A stretch of 40,000 nucleotides of DNA from the NCBI GenBank assembly GCA_942492945.1, contig OW818649.1, positions 1,211,019 through 1,251,018 on the forward strand, in the 5' to 3' direction. Position 1 is the stretch's first letter. Each line of letters starts with the position of its first letter. Shown in pieces: positions 1 to 10,383 of the stretch. The stretch is from an uncultured Bacteroidales bacterium. Lineage in GTDB: Bacteria > Bacteroidota > Bacteroidia > Bacteroidales > UBA932. The position numbers were made by a program, and so were the translations under genes. Below the pieces are notes generated by a model. The model was given only the letters and a program-made list of their open reading frames with translations. It searched no databases and had not been told where the DNA came from.

Positions 1-776
1 CCTTCGATTTTGGGCACTTTGTCTACCTCTATCACAACCTTGAAGCCACTGCCCTCTGCCATCTCAAGTGCATGGCCCAGCAACCCGAATCCGGTTACAT
101 CTGTTAGAGCTTTAACTCCTTCTATGTGGGCAATTTCTGCTCCGGGTTTGTTGAGAGTTGTCATCAGCTGTAGTGCTACCGCTCTGTCCTGCTCCTTGAC
201 CAGTCCGAACTTTTCGGCGGTACTTACCAGCCCAATGCCTATAGGTTTGGTTAGAAAAAGCACACACCCCTCTGTTGCTGTGTTGTTTTTCTTTATATGA
301 TCACTCTCTACCATACCTGTTACTGCAAGACCGAAAATGGGGTCTGCACTGTTTATGCTATGTCCCCCGGCTAATGGAATGTTTGCGAGGTCGCAGACAA
401 ACCGGGCTCCCGAGATAACCTCACCGGCAATCTCAGCCGGTAGCTTGTCAAGTGGCCATCCTAAAATGGCAATAGCCATAAGTGGCACACCACCCATTGC
501 GTATATATCAGAAATTGCATTTGTTGCAGAGATCCTTCCAAAATTGAAGGGGTCATCAACAATAGGGGTAAAGAAGTCTGTTGTTGAGACAATTGCCCTG
601 CCTCCTCCAATATCAAAGACAGCAGCATCGTCCTTGCTGTCGTTCCCTACCAGAAGGTTTTCAAAAACCTTACCTGAACGGCTGTTTTTCAAAATCTCCT
701 CAAGGTCCTTTGGAGCAATCTTACAGCCACACCCCGCTCCTGGGCTGAATTGTGTCAATCGAATAGTATCTGACAT
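1..776 (-). CDS. selD: selenophosphate synthetase (selenide, water dikinase); C-terminal end lies beyond the window start
   Basis: My own minus-strand translation from the ATG at 776-774 reads [29 protein letters not shown]...[29 protein letters not shown]... The GAGCGCK loop is typical of SelD (Cys form, no in-frame TGA). The frame stays open to position 1, so it is absent from the supplied ORF track. Confidence 0.85.
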   Translation of the reverse strand, partial: MSDTIRLTQFSPGAGCGCKIAPKDLEEILKNSRSGKVFENLLVGNDSKDDAAVFDIGGGRAIVSTTDFFTPIVDDPFNFGRISATNAISDIYAMGGVPLMAIAILGWPLDKLPAEIAGEVISGARFVCDLANIPLAGGHSINSADPIFGLAVTGMVESDHIKKNNTATEGCVLFLTKPIGIGLVSTAEKFGLVKEQDRAVALQLMTTLNKPGAEIAHIEGVKALTDVTGFGLLGHALEMAEGSGFKVVIEVDKVPKIE

Positions 777-787
777 GAAAATATGGA

Positions 788-1144
788 TTACAGATTGATT
801 ATTTTCGTACTGTTATGTTGGATATCAATAATGTCGAGCATTGTGCCGATAGCACCAACCTTCACTTTGTCGAGCAGGTTGTTGAAGACCAGACATGTCT
901 TGCAGATAATGATTTTTGTGCCTTTTGCTTCCAGAGCCTTAAGTTCATCAATAATGTGGGAACCTTCGCAGGTGAGTTTAACCCCATCGCCATATAGACA
1001 GATATAGGCCGGATATCTCTCCTCCTGGTGAATTAGTGTAAGGTAATTCTTAACCAGAGTGTGGCTAAGTTCCAAAGGAGCATCACCCATACCGTTACGG
1101 TTTATGATGACTGCTATTTTACTGTTTATCTCTTTAATGCTCAT
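788..1144 (-). CDS. DsrE/DsrF-like sulfur/selenium relay family protein
   Basis: 118-aa ORF. The pattern [12 protein letters not shown]...CLYGDGV...KIIICKTC resembles DsrE/TusD-fold proteins. It sits between selD and selU. Confidence 0.5.
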   Translation of the reverse strand: MSIKEINSKIAVIINRNGMGDAPLELSHTLVKNYLTLIHQEERYPAYICLYGDGVKLTCEGSHIIDELKALEAKGTKIIICKTCLVFNNLLDKVKVGAIGTMLDIIDIQHNSTKIINL

Positions 1145-1151
1145 AAAAATA

Positions 1152-2195
1152 TTATAGGTCTAAAGCTGATGATATTGATTTAAGTTCCGTTACTGCTGAG
1201 GCACCGTCAAGTGTGCTTACCTCTATATGAGGCAAGAGCGTCTGGTTTTCACCAAACCGGGTAACCAGCTGATTGCCGTAGGCATTATCATAATAGTTGA
1301 GGCAGATTCTGGCTGCTGCATCACGGTCACCGCTAAGGCATGCCTCTATGGCAAACTTACACTTGTCGAAACCGAGCCTCTTTTCAATTTTCTTTATTGA
1401 AGCAATCAGCCCATCTGTATCAAAACAAGAGTAGTCGCGCATCAACCGGGAGAGACGGATTTCGTAGGAAGTGTCTACCCTTATCAGCTTTGCCATCCTC
1501 ATCTGGTCCCATAAACCCTGTGGGATGGTTACTTTTCCCACATTCCTGCTCTCGTCCTCGATCCAGACAATCTTTCCTTTATCTAACCTTCTCAATTCTG
1601 CGCTAAGGGTATTTTCAAACTGTTCAGATGAGGGTTGATTCTCCTGTCCAAGTGCACCAAAGGCCGAACCCTTATGATTCGATAATCCCTCAAGGTCAAC
1701 AACTTGTTCTCCGGCCTCCCTTAGTGCATAAAGTATCTCAGTTTTGCCAGATCCTGTATATCCTCCTAAAAGTATAATCTTGAATGATAAATCGAATGTT
1801 TCGAGTACATGGTTCCTGTACGCTTTGTAGCCATCCTTTAGAAGAGTGCAGTTTATCCCTACAGTCTCCAGCAGCCAAGCCATTGCAGAGGAGCGCATTC
1901 CTCCTCTCCAGCAATGAATCAGCAACTCATCGCTATGGAGTTTAAGTGCGAATTTAGTAAAATCCTTAAGCCTGGGACCGACAAATTCAAGGCCCTTCTG
2001 TACAGCTTGTACCCTTCCCCTCTGTTTGTAGATAGTGCCTACCTCTGCCCGCTCTTCATTTGAAAAGAGGGGTAAAGAAAGAGCCCCGGGGATATGAGCA
2101 TGTTCATATTCACCCGGGGACCTGACATCTATAATTGGAAGAGAATTACCTCTTTCTAAAAATTCTGCTACTGAAATAATCTTTGGCATAGTCAA
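1152..2195 (-). CDS. selU: tRNA 2-selenouridine synthase (SelU/MnmH/YbbB)
   Basis: 347 aa. It has an N-terminal rhodanese domain with the active-site loop CWRGGMRS and a central P-loop GGYTGSGKTE. It is adjacent to selD. Confidence 0.85.
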   Translation of the reverse strand: MTMPKIISVAEFLERGNSLPIIDVRSPGEYEHAHIPGALSLPLFSNEERAEVGTIYKQRGRVQAVQKGLEFVGPRLKDFTKFALKLHSDELLIHCWRGGMRSSAMAWLLETVGINCTLLKDGYKAYRNHVLETFDLSFKIILLGGYTGSGKTEILYALREAGEQVVDLEGLSNHKGSAFGALGQENQPSSEQFENTLSAELRRLDKGKIVWIEDESRNVGKVTIPQGLWDQMRMAKLIRVDTSYEIRLSRLMRDYSCFDTDGLIASIKKIEKRLGFDKCKFAIEACLSGDRDAAARICLNYYDNAYGNQLVTRFGENQTLLPHIEVSTLDGASAVTELKSISSALDL

Positions 2196-2224
2196 TTTTC
2201 CCTATGCAAAAGTACTCTTTTTTT

Positions 2225-3595
2225 CTAGAAGTTGAATCTAAGACCTAAAGAAGGAAGGAACGCTGTAGTTTTGTAGTCGCCCTGAAAAGCAGTCATTGGA
2301 GCTGCCTGAGGAAGAGCGCCACGAGTCTTTTCGCCGTTGAGATACTGGAACCCTAAGTCAATCGCAAATTTCTTTACCGGTTGCAGGGTAAGACCTGCAG
2401 TAAGGCTGATTTTATTAGCTCCGGGGCCATCAGGACTGTAATATGCCTTGTCCACTGGAGTGGAATCGTAGATAAAGCCGAGTCTTACAGTCATCTTGTC
2501 ACAAGCTTTGTACTCACCGCCAACCCTGTAAATCATAGAGTTTTTGTAATTCTTAATTGATTTTGAAGTCATGGTTGTAAACTTAATGGCAAGTGTGTCA
2601 TAAGCTTTCCATCCTACATACTGCAACTCAGCAGAGAGAAGGAGTTTTTTGGTTGCCTTGTATGCAACGCCTACATTAAGGTTTGATGGTACAGGAAGAG
2701 AAGCGTCAAAAGCTTTTCCGTCAAGCGACACAGCACCTGCAATTGAAGGGTTGTATAATGGATTTGATGTTGCAGGAGGAGTGGCCAGGGTTGTTATAAG
2801 GGTTTTAAGCTCAGGAGTGGCATAACTCAAAGTTGTGGCACCTTCCTTTACATCGAGCATAACCTTAGACCTGTATGATATACCAAAGCTCCATTTTTCA
2901 TTTGGACTGTAAAGTATACCAACATTGAATCCAAATGCAGCACCGGCCTTACCTGTAAGGTTCGCAGAAATTGGAGTGATACCGTCTGCATTTCTGATGA
3001 TTGCTTTATATGCATTAGGGAAAACAGGGCTTGCTAAGTATCCGTTAAGTCCACCAACAGGCAGAAGACCTTTGTTCAATTCAAAACTTCCGAAATCGAC
3101 CATAAGGCCCGCTCCAATGCTGAACTTCTCGCTGAACTTATAGGAAACAGTCGGTTGTACAGAATATGCTTTAAGAGAAATGTTCTGAACCAGATGAGAT
3201 CCTCTCCAGTTATCGGGCCAGTCTAAGCTGTTCCCGGCAGGGTTGGTAATGCTCACACCGGCAAAGAATTTGTCAGACAATTTAAATCCAAAATAACCGA
3301 AAATTGGCGTTCCCATAGGGTTGTGAGTGTCTGTGGTCCAGCTGCCGGCAATGTCTGTATAAGATACTTTCGAAAAGATACCTGTCATACCAAGTGAGAC
3401 ATCTATCTTACTATTCATGAATGAAAGACCTGCAGGATTGAAGAGCATACTCTCCCCTCCGAGTTTGAGAGCCGTTCCCAAATGACCCATACCTACCTGG
3501 CGGGTACTTTGAGAATTGATTTGATAACCCTCTGCCATAAGGCTTAGACCAACAAGGTTGGCTAACAGAAATAGTGAAAATTTTCTTAGTTTCAT
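2225..3595 (-). CDS. outer-membrane transport protein, FadL/OmpP1/TodX family
   Basis: 456 aa with a signal peptide (MKLRKFSLFLLANLVGLSLMA). The N-terminal motif QSTRQVGMGHLGTA..FNPAGL, the beta-strand-rich sequence and the C-terminal aromatic (..LRFNF) fit this family. Confidence 0.7.
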   Translation of the reverse strand: MKLRKFSLFLLANLVGLSLMAEGYQINSQSTRQVGMGHLGTALKLGGESMLFNPAGLSFMNSKIDVSLGMTGIFSKVSYTDIAGSWTTDTHNPMGTPIFGYFGFKLSDKFFAGVSITNPAGNSLDWPDNWRGSHLVQNISLKAYSVQPTVSYKFSEKFSIGAGLMVDFGSFELNKGLLPVGGLNGYLASPVFPNAYKAIIRNADGITPISANLTGKAGAAFGFNVGILYSPNEKWSFGISYRSKVMLDVKEGATTLSYATPELKTLITTLATPPATSNPLYNPSIAGAVSLDGKAFDASLPVPSNLNVGVAYKATKKLLLSAELQYVGWKAYDTLAIKFTTMTSKSIKNYKNSMIYRVGGEYKACDKMTVRLGFIYDSTPVDKAYYSPDGPGANKISLTAGLTLQPVKKFAIDLGFQYLNGEKTRGALPQAAPMTAFQGDYKTTAFLPSLGLRFNF

Positions 3596-3691
3596 TTTTA
3601 TTCGTTTTATGAGTCAGCAAATCTAAAAAAAATTGATTATTCTATACCAAAATCAGGGTCAAATTTATAAAGAACAGACAAACAAGAAAAT

Positions 3692-3732
3692 ATAACTATA
3701 CTACACCGCCCTATGGAGTGTAGTATAGTTAT
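3692..3732 (-). terminator. hairpin immediately downstream of the S9 peptidase gene
   Basis: A perfect 15-bp inverted repeat (ataactatactacac at 3692-3706, gtgtagtatagttat at 3718-3732) has an 11-nt loop. A T-rich run follows on the minus strand. Confidence 0.5.
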
Positions 3733-3739
3733 TATGACC

Positions 3740-6178
3740 TTAGTTGTTATTGAGTTGAACTATGTCGGTCTCATCTCTGTAATCACCAATAAGATATTGA
3801 TTAAAGTAGTCCGCGGACCTCCAGAAGAAATATTCTGCCATGTCCCCGAAGCTGTGTCTCTGACCGGGAAGCAGGATCATGTCGAACCTTTTGTTTGCAC
3901 GGATGAGCGCATTTACCATCCTGAGTGTGTTGCCGGGATGAACATTATTGTCTATGTCGCCACTGGATAACAAAAGGTGCCCCTTAAGGTTTTTAGCTAT
4001 AGCAGAGTTCTTGTCTATGCTGTATTTGAAGGTAGTATCTCCTTTTTCTGAGATTGACTCAAGGATTCCATGGTGTTGCTCGCTCCACCATCTGTTGTAG
4101 ATGTTGTTCTCGTGATTTCCGGCAGATGATACGGCTACTTTGAAGAAATCGGGATAAACAAGCATTGCTGCGGTTGACATAAAACCTCCACCCGAATGGC
4201 CGTGAATTCCAACCTTATGAATATTAATGAACGGATGTTTTGCGGCCAGCTTTTCAATAACCATTTTCTTATCTTCCAAGCCATAGTCCCTCAGGTTGCC
4301 ATATCCGAAGTTATGGTACCACTTAGAACGTGACGGATGACCTCCTCGGTTTCCTACAGTTATTACAATATATCCGAACTGTGCAAGACGGTCCACCCTG
4401 TCCATTCCTTTAGCCCACGAAGCATTCACGGCCTCTGTCTGAGGGCCGGGATATACATACTCAATTATTGGATAGAGCTTTGTGGAATCGAAGTCGAAAG
4501 GTTTGTACATTACGCCATACAGGTCTGTAACACCATCTCCGGCCTTAACTTTAAAGAGCTCCGGAAATTTGTAGCCGGCTGCAAAAAGGAGACTAAGGTC
4601 GGTCTTTTCAAGATCAAGTATCTTGCGTCCGGTATTGTCATACAAAGCCGATTTTGGCTCTGTATTTACGCGGGAGAAGTTGTCTACAAAGTATTTCCCG
4701 TTGTCAGAACTGACAGTTTCGTGGTTGAAATCACCTGAGTTAAGTAGCTTCAGGTTGCTGCCGTCCATGTTTACTCTGTACAAGTGTGTGTAATAAGGAT
4801 TTTCGCCTGCCTCTTTTGCATTGGCAATAAAGTATACAACTTTTTGTGTCTGGTCCACTGCTAAAACATCTTCTACATGGTATTCACCCGATGTTATAGA
4901 ATTTTTCAGTTTCCCGTTCTCGTCGTAGAGATACAGATGAGACCAGCCGGTTCTTTCTGACCATTGTATGAACTCCTTTCCGTCGTTGACAAGTTTAAGG
5001 GGCCTTGATTCTACATATGTGTTCATGCGCTCCTCTACAAGAGTCTTCAAGGTGTCTGCAGTAATGTCTGCAATACAAACGTCAATTTTCTTGAGATCTC
5101 TGCTGACTCTCGAAACATAGAATTTTTGAGCGTTGCCGAGCCAGATATTATGGTTATAGTCGTTGCTCATATCCTTTTGCAAAACAGGGGTGGTGCTTAT
5201 CCTCAGGTCCTGATCCTTAAATCTTGCACTTTTAATCTCTTTGTATTTTTTGCTCTCCATATTGAATAAATAGAGATGTTCCACAGGAGATTCTTTTTCG
5301 CCCGGCATCTGATACTTGTAGGATTCCAGTTTAGGGCGTGGTTCTGCAAGGACATCAATAACCCATAAATCCTTTACCTTAGAGTTGTCGGTACGGATAA
5401 ATGCGAAGTTTTTTGAGTCGGGGGACCAAGTAATGTAGGCACCTGTTCGCTTCTTCTTATCCTTTTCGGTTGCATTCACGTCAGACTCACCCGAACCGAA
5501 GCCGAAATCTTTTGTGCCTTCTGTTGTAAGTTGTTGTTCCACAATAGTAGAATCTTCCTCATCTTTTCTGGCCTTCTCAAGGTTCTCCATGTCCATGGAA
5601 TAAAGGTTGAAGTTTCTGGAGAAAACAACATATTTCTTATCGGGGGAGATGCTTGCCCATCTTGGGTAAGGTTTATCTGCCTTATAGTCTTTAATTTCTG
5701 TAAGAGTGTTACTCTGTATATCGTATTCAAAACCATGAACTTTTTTCTCCTTTTTTGGCTTCTTGGTCTTTTCGTCTTTAACCTCTACCTCTACCGTGCT
5801 TTTTATTTCGAAGGTGAATTTTTTATCATCTACAAGTTTCAATTTGGAGATAGGGATGTTTTGCGCATCAAAAGGGTCCTTCACAATCTCAGTAAGCTGA
5901 GCAGCCAGTCTTGCATTGTCGAAGACTTGTCTTTTTGTACCGGAGGCAGGGTCGGCAATATAGTAGAATGTTCCTTCCGGAGTCTGATATGTATACCAGA
6001 ACTTATCAGAATTCTTAAACCACATAGGTTGTACCTTTGTAGAGAATACCATTTTAGCAACCTTTTTTGGGGAGAATCTTGCTGCCAGATCGTAATTGGC
6101 AGTAGTGACCGGTGTCTGCTGCGCCATGGCAATGACTCCGGAGAGGATTAACGAGAACAGTAATACGACTCTTTTCAT
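3740..6178 (-). CDS. S9-family serine peptidase, dipeptidyl-peptidase IV-like
   Basis: The C-terminal alpha/beta hydrolase carries the nucleophile motif HGHSGGGF, an Asp in SSGDIDNNVHP and a His in PGQRHSF, after a long beta-propeller-like N-terminal region. I placed the start at the internal Met (MKRVVLLFSLILSGVIAMAQQ, a signal peptide) rather than at the ORF-track start 6235. Confidence 0.8.
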   Translation of the reverse strand: MKRVVLLFSLILSGVIAMAQQTPVTTANYDLAARFSPKKVAKMVFSTKVQPMWFKNSDKFWYTYQTPEGTFYYIADPASGTKRQVFDNARLAAQLTEIVKDPFDAQNIPISKLKLVDDKKFTFEIKSTVEVEVKDEKTKKPKKEKKVHGFEYDIQSNTLTEIKDYKADKPYPRWASISPDKKYVVFSRNFNLYSMDMENLEKARKDEEDSTIVEQQLTTEGTKDFGFGSGESDVNATEKDKKKRTGAYITWSPDSKNFAFIRTDNSKVKDLWVIDVLAEPRPKLESYKYQMPGEKESPVEHLYLFNMESKKYKEIKSARFKDQDLRISTTPVLQKDMSNDYNHNIWLGNAQKFYVSRVSRDLKKIDVCIADITADTLKTLVEERMNTYVESRPLKLVNDGKEFIQWSERTGWSHLYLYDENGKLKNSITSGEYHVEDVLAVDQTQKVVYFIANAKEAGENPYYTHLYRVNMDGSNLKLLNSGDFNHETVSSDNGKYFVDNFSRVNTEPKSALYDNTGRKILDLEKTDLSLLFAAGYKFPELFKVKAGDGVTDLYGVMYKPFDFDSTKLYPIIEYVYPGPQTEAVNASWAKGMDRVDRLAQFGYIVITVGNRGGHPSRSKWYHNFGYGNLRDYGLEDKKMVIEKLAAKHPFINIHKVGIHGHSGGGFMSTAAMLVYPDFFKVAVSSAGNHENNIYNRWWSEQHHGILESISEKGDTTFKYSIDKNSAIAKNLKGHLLLSSGDIDNNVHPGNTLRMVNALIRANKRFDMILLPGQRHSFGDMAEYFFWRSADYFNQYLIGDYRDETDIVQLNNN

Positions 6179-6216
6179 TATTGATGATTTTAAAATTGTT
6201 GATATATTCGAATTTG

Positions 6217-6714
6217 TTATAATCTTTTTGCCCACTCACCAACCTCCAGATCGTGCAGGGCACCACCTTCTACCTTGAACCTGATTGCCGTTCTTACAAC
6301 ATGAAACCCCTCTATGCCTGCGGCACCGGGATTTATACAGATAAGATTGTTTTGCCTGTCGTTTATTACCTTGAGAATGTGCGAGTGCCCGCATATAAAA
6401 ACGTCGGGCTTGTGGGCGGCTATCAGTTGAAGTGCCTTATAATCATACCTGCCCGGGTATCCTCCAATATGCATCATCAGAAACCTCATACCCCCCAGTT
6501 CAAAGTTCTGGATATATGGATGTATGAGCCTGATATCATAGCCGTCGCAGTTCCCGTAAACACCCCTCAGGGGTTTGAAAGAGGATATTTTGTCGGACAC
6601 CTCAAGGTTGCCGAAATCACCTGCGTGCCAGACTTCGTCGGTATCCTTCAAGAATTCCTTAAGGTTGTTATCAAAGAGGGTATGAGTATCAGACAGAAGT
6701 CCTATGTATGCCAT
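6217..6714 (-). CDS. metallophosphoesterase, YfcE/MJ0936 family
   Basis: 165 aa with the motifs LSDTH, HAGDFGN, GNCD and CGHSH in the usual calcineurin-like order. Confidence 0.75.
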   Translation of the reverse strand: MAYIGLLSDTHTLFDNNLKEFLKDTDEVWHAGDFGNLEVSDKISSFKPLRGVYGNCDGYDIRLIHPYIQNFELGGMRFLMMHIGGYPGRYDYKALQLIAAHKPDVFICGHSHILKVINDRQNNLICINPGAAGIEGFHVVRTAIRFKVEGGALHDLEVGEWAKRL

Positions 6715-6729
6715 TATTAAGACTTTAAG

Positions 6730-7920
6730 TTATAGCTTTATGACTATTTTTTTCTTGTAAAGGAAAATTGCCATAGCTGTAAATATTGCCACATAGCATA
6801 TTGCATACATAAGAGAACCCCATTCATTATGCCCAAGCAGAGGGACACACAGATGCTGATATGCCCAGGATGCTGCAGATGTTGTAACCTCTTTTGTAGA
6901 TCCGTCGTCCTGTACTATAACCGTTGTCCATTTTATTATCCTGCCCAGTGTTTTAGCAAAGATACCGGCCATTACAAATGCGAAAAGAGGATTCAGGCCA
7001 AGGGCCTTGAACGGGAAGAAGAACTTCTCTTTGCCCTTTATATCTATCAGGTAGATAAAAAATGCAAGCATCAGTATTGACCATCCACCCGCATAAAATA
7101 CATACGAAGGAGTCCACAATGGTTTGTTTATTGGGATGAAGGTGTTCAGAACCAGGGCAACTGCCAGCGAAACAAGACCTATTGTGTATAATGCCCCCAC
7201 TGCATCTATCTTTTGTTCGCTCTTGCGTATTATACTCCCGATAAGGTACCCCAGAAGAACAGTAGCAGAGCCCGACAATACACCTAGAAGACCCTCCGGT
7301 TCGAAAGGAACTCCAAAACCGTGATATATATGGTTGTCGCCAATAAGAGAAACATCAATTGGTCCGGAAATATTTCCCATTATTGAGAATGGACTCTCTG
7401 TGCCGAATGTGACAAGTATGAGCCAGTGCAGGAATATGAGCACTCCCATGCCAACCATCATTTTTGCCGGTTTATGCAACCAAAGGGCCAAAATGCCACC
7501 CACAAGATAACACAGAGCAATTCTCTGGAGTACTCCGAAAATCCTTATATGATTCAGGTAATCCATATAATTAGCACCCCAGCTAAGAGCAGGGTCGGTC
7601 GATATTGGATAAAATGGAAATGCATTAAGGGCAAGACCGGTAAGAAAGATAAAAAATGCTCTTTTAACGATCTTTTTGAGGGAGCTGGCATTAAGAGAGT
7701 CGTTGTATTTTGCAAAAGCGAATGAAAGAGCTGCTCCTACAATGAACAGAAAAAACGGGAATACAAGATCTGTAGGAGTACATCCACTCCAGGCGGCATG
7801 TTTCAAAGGAGGGAAGATTTTCCCCCAGGAGCCGGGATTGTTAACCAGTATCATACCGGCAATAGTCATTCCCCTAAGCACGTCAAGTGCTGTGTACCTG
7901 TTTGTGATGGCGGTTTTCAT
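6730..7920 (-). CDS. polytopic membrane acyltransferase-like protein (HGSNAT / DUF1624-DUF5009-like)
   Basis: The N-terminal motif RYTALDVLRGMTIAGMILVNNPGSW is followed by about 10 hydrophobic helices. I placed the start at the internal Met (MKTAITNRY, cat at 7918-7920), which avoids overlap with the divergent rsmE. Confidence 0.7.
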   Translation of the reverse strand: MKTAITNRYTALDVLRGMTIAGMILVNNPGSWGKIFPPLKHAAWSGCTPTDLVFPFFLFIVGAALSFAFAKYNDSLNASSLKKIVKRAFFIFLTGLALNAFPFYPISTDPALSWGANYMDYLNHIRIFGVLQRIALCYLVGGILALWLHKPAKMMVGMGVLIFLHWLILVTFGTESPFSIMGNISGPIDVSLIGDNHIYHGFGVPFEPEGLLGVLSGSATVLLGYLIGSIIRKSEQKIDAVGALYTIGLVSLAVALVLNTFIPINKPLWTPSYVFYAGGWSILMLAFFIYLIDIKGKEKFFFPFKALGLNPLFAFVMAGIFAKTLGRIIKWTTVIVQDDGSTKEVTTSAASWAYQHLCVPLLGHNEWGSLMYAICYVAIFTAMAIFLYKKKIVIKL

Positions 7921-7978
7921 AACTAAGTTTAAGTGATTGCAGACAAAAATAACCTTTTTATATATATTTGTATTATAT

Positions 7979-8722
7979 ATGGAACTCTTTTTTTCAAATA
8001 ATATTTCGGGCTCAGAAGCCATACTCGATCCGGAGGAATCGAAGCACTGTGTTAAGGTGCTTAGACACAAGAGGGGAGACGAGATAAGTTTTATCGACGG
8101 CAAAGGCGGCATCTACAAGGGAGAGATAACGGATAGTGCCGGCAATACATGCAAAATAACAATAAAAGAGAGTATTCTGAACTATATGACAAGGAACTAT
8201 TTCCTTCATATGGCAGTTGCACCAACCAAGAATCTGGAGAGGTACGAGTGGTTCATGGAGAAGGCAACAGAGCTGGGAATGGATGAGCTTACCCCAATAA
8301 TAGGAGATCATTCGGAGAGAAAGGTATTCAAGCCGGAAAGAGGGGAGAGGATCCTTCTCTCTGCAACAAAGCAGTCGTTAAAGGCACAGATTCCCGTGCT
8401 TAACCCTATAACCACAGCAAAGAAGTTCATAATGGACTCGGACGGGTTTAAAGGACTAAAGCTGATTGCCCACTGTAACGAAGGGAGCAGAACGGACCTT
8501 GTAAGATTACTGGAATCCAACCTTAAGGAAGAAAAGGACGAGAAGAAAGATTATAGATTCCTTATCCTTATAGGGCCTGAGGGTGACTTCTCGACGGATG
8601 AAGTGGATCTTGCAGTATCTCACGGATTTTTGCCAATAACATTGGGAGAATCACGTTTGAGAACAGAAACAGCCGCTCTCACCACCGTTGCTGCAATATA
8701 TTTTTGGGGAAGTCCAAGATAA
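7979..8722 (+). CDS. rsmE: 16S rRNA (uracil1498-N3)-methyltransferase
   Basis: The sequence MELFFS...EESKHCVKVLRHKRGDEI...LIIGPEGDFS..E........LGESRLRTETAAL is typical of RsmE (SPOUT fold). I placed the start at ATG 7979 instead of the track start 7937. Confidence 0.8.
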   Translation: MELFFSNNISGSEAILDPEESKHCVKVLRHKRGDEISFIDGKGGIYKGEITDSAGNTCKITIKESILNYMTRNYFLHMAVAPTKNLERYEWFMEKATELGMDELTPIIGDHSERKVFKPERGERILLSATKQSLKAQIPVLNPITTAKKFIMDSDGFKGLKLIAHCNEGSRTDLVRLLESNLKEEKDEKKDYRFLILIGPEGDFSTDEVDLAVSHGFLPITLGESRLRTETAALTTVAAIYFWGSPR

Positions 8723-8728
8723 TATTGG

Positions 8729-9298
8729 TCAGTTTCTTATTATCTTAATCTGACCACCAAGTCCAAGCTTTATTATTGATGATGGCTTTCCTGTTGACCC
8801 CTCTTCAAGCATAGGATCTGCTATCCAATCAACAGAATTTACAATCTCATCGTCTATATCATGATAACCGGTAGGAGCATTCTCGCCCGAGATGTTTGCA
8901 GATGTTGATACTATTGGCCTTCTGAACCTCGATATCAATTGCTGGCAAAAAGGGTGTTCTGGTATTCTTATTCCTGCCGATCCGTCTTCTGCCACAATGT
9001 TTGGGGCAAGACCTATGGCTCCGGGGTAGATAATTGTCATAGGGCTGTCACTCACTTCGATAAGCTGACATGCAATTTCCGGAACCTCCTTAATGTAACG
9101 GTATAGCATGTCGAGTCCGTCTACAAGAGTTATGAGGCTTTTACTGTCGGCCCTTTTTTTAATATTATAAATCTTTTCTACTGCTGCAGGATTTGTGGCG
9201 TCGCAACCCAGACCCCATATAGTGTCTGTAGGATACAAGATTACGCCACCTGCCTTGAGGACCTTTATTGCCTCGTTTATTGCCTGGTTTAGTTCCAT
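8729..9298 (-). CDS. tsaC: L-threonylcarbamoyladenylate synthase (YrdC/TsaC family)
   Basis: 189 aa. The sequence ...GGVILYPTDTIWGLGCDA...RPIVSTSANISGE... is typical of the YrdC/Sua5 domain. There is no Sua5 C-terminal extension. Confidence 0.8.
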   Translation of the reverse strand: MELNQAINEAIKVLKAGGVILYPTDTIWGLGCDATNPAAVEKIYNIKKRADSKSLITLVDGLDMLYRYIKEVPEIACQLIEVSDSPMTIIYPGAIGLAPNIVAEDGSAGIRIPEHPFCQQLISRFRRPIVSTSANISGENAPTGYHDIDDEIVNSVDWIADPMLEEGSTGKPSSIIKLGLGGQIKIIRN

Positions 9299-9300
9299 GT

Positions 9301-10383
9301 TTAAGGTATGATAATTACAGAAATGACTGGATAATGATCTGAATAGGATATTCTCCGGGTAGTATGGCTCATGCTCCAGAAGTAGCGGGGGTATAGAATG
9401 TAATCAATTCTGAGCAGGGGCCACAAGTAGGAATAAGTTGCGCTGAACCCTTTGCCCGACTCCCTGAAGCTGTCTTGTTTGTCAATTGTAAGGTTGTGGT
9501 AGGTATATGACATTGGCGTGTCATTGAAGTCTCCGCATATAATTGCCGGATACTCACTATTGGAGGCATGTGATGCAATAGAATCTACCTGAAGCGCTCT
9601 TTTTTTGAATGTGCTTGCCATTTTGTCGTGCATGTCAAAGATATCCTCAGAAACCTTATCGCTCTTGCTCATCTTCTTGATGAGGGCAGTGAATGAGATA
9701 GAATGAGATTCCAGATGGGTGTTATAGAGACGTATTATTTTGCCAAAGTGCTCTATATCTGTATATATACAAAGGTTTGTGCTCCCTTTGAATGTGATTT
9801 TCCCGCTCGAAGTAATTGGGAACTTACTCAATGTAAGGTTACCGAACTTTCCTCCGACCCTCGGACTGAAAAAGTGGTAGAAGATATACGGATAGTCTGT
9901 GAATGCCTTACGGATGTCGGCAGTGTCATTTATATAGAACTCCTGAAAGCATACGACCTCGGGCTGCTCCTTTGCTATAAAACCGGCCACGCTGGCAAGA
10001 AGCTCTTGTCTGCCATGCTTTTTGTCTTGGGCAAAGAGACCTACATTGTATGTGCAAACCTTTAATGCTATACCTTTCTCTCCTTCATCGGGTTTCCCCC
10101 ACCTTACAAAAAGGTCTGCAAAGAGGATCGATGGAAGGAGAATTACAAATGTGATCCAAGTTGCACCTGAGCGGCGGATGAGACCGACTATCAGAAGGAA
10201 CACATTTAGCATGACAAGGGGGATGAAGTAAAGCCCGAAAAACAGAGGAACCGACGTAAGAGAAGGATTGATGTAAATTGAGATGTATGAAATTAGAAGA
10301 GCAAGTGCCGATACTATCAGTACTAATCTGAAAACCAAGGCAATCGGCCATGGCGACCTTGCTCCCTTTTTTCTTTTCTTCAT
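9301..10383 (-). CDS. endonuclease/exonuclease/phosphatase (EEP) family membrane protein
   Basis: Three or four N-terminal TM helices are followed by an EEP-like domain (VCTYNV...CFQEF...GDFNDTP...SDHYPV). Confidence 0.7.
   Translation of the reverse strand: MKKRKKGARSPWPIALVFRLVLIVSALALLISYISIYINPSLTSVPLFFGLYFIPLVMLNVFLLIVGLIRRSGATWITFVILLPSILFADLFVRWGKPDEGEKGIALKVCTYNVGLFAQDKKHGRQELLASVAGFIAKEQPEVVCFQEFYINDTADIRKAFTDYPYIFYHFFSPRVGGKFGNLTLSKFPITSSGKITFKGSTNLCIYTDIEHFGKIIRLYNTHLESHSISFTALIKKMSKSDKVSEDIFDMHDKMASTFKKRALQVDSIASHASNSEYPAIICGDFNDTPMSYTYHNLTIDKQDSFRESGKGFSATYSYLWPLLRIDYILYPRYFWSMSHTTRRISYSDHYPVISVIIIP

Noticed and set aside
10-798. Plus-strand ORFs 10-300 and 337-798 from the track
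   Set aside because: Their sequences are low-complexity (Ser/Pro/Ala-rich). They are antisense to a clear SelD reading frame on the minus strand that the track omits because it runs off the window.
4337-6278. Multiple ORFs antisense to or overlapping the S9 peptidase gene (for example 4337-4738, 5531-6151, 5881-6132)
   Set aside because: They are embedded in a long, motif-supported peptidase ORF on the opposite strand or in another frame, and none has recognisable features. The same reasoning applies to the short ORFs inside mutL, the EEP gene, the acyltransferase gene, the RT gene and the 1569-aa gene.
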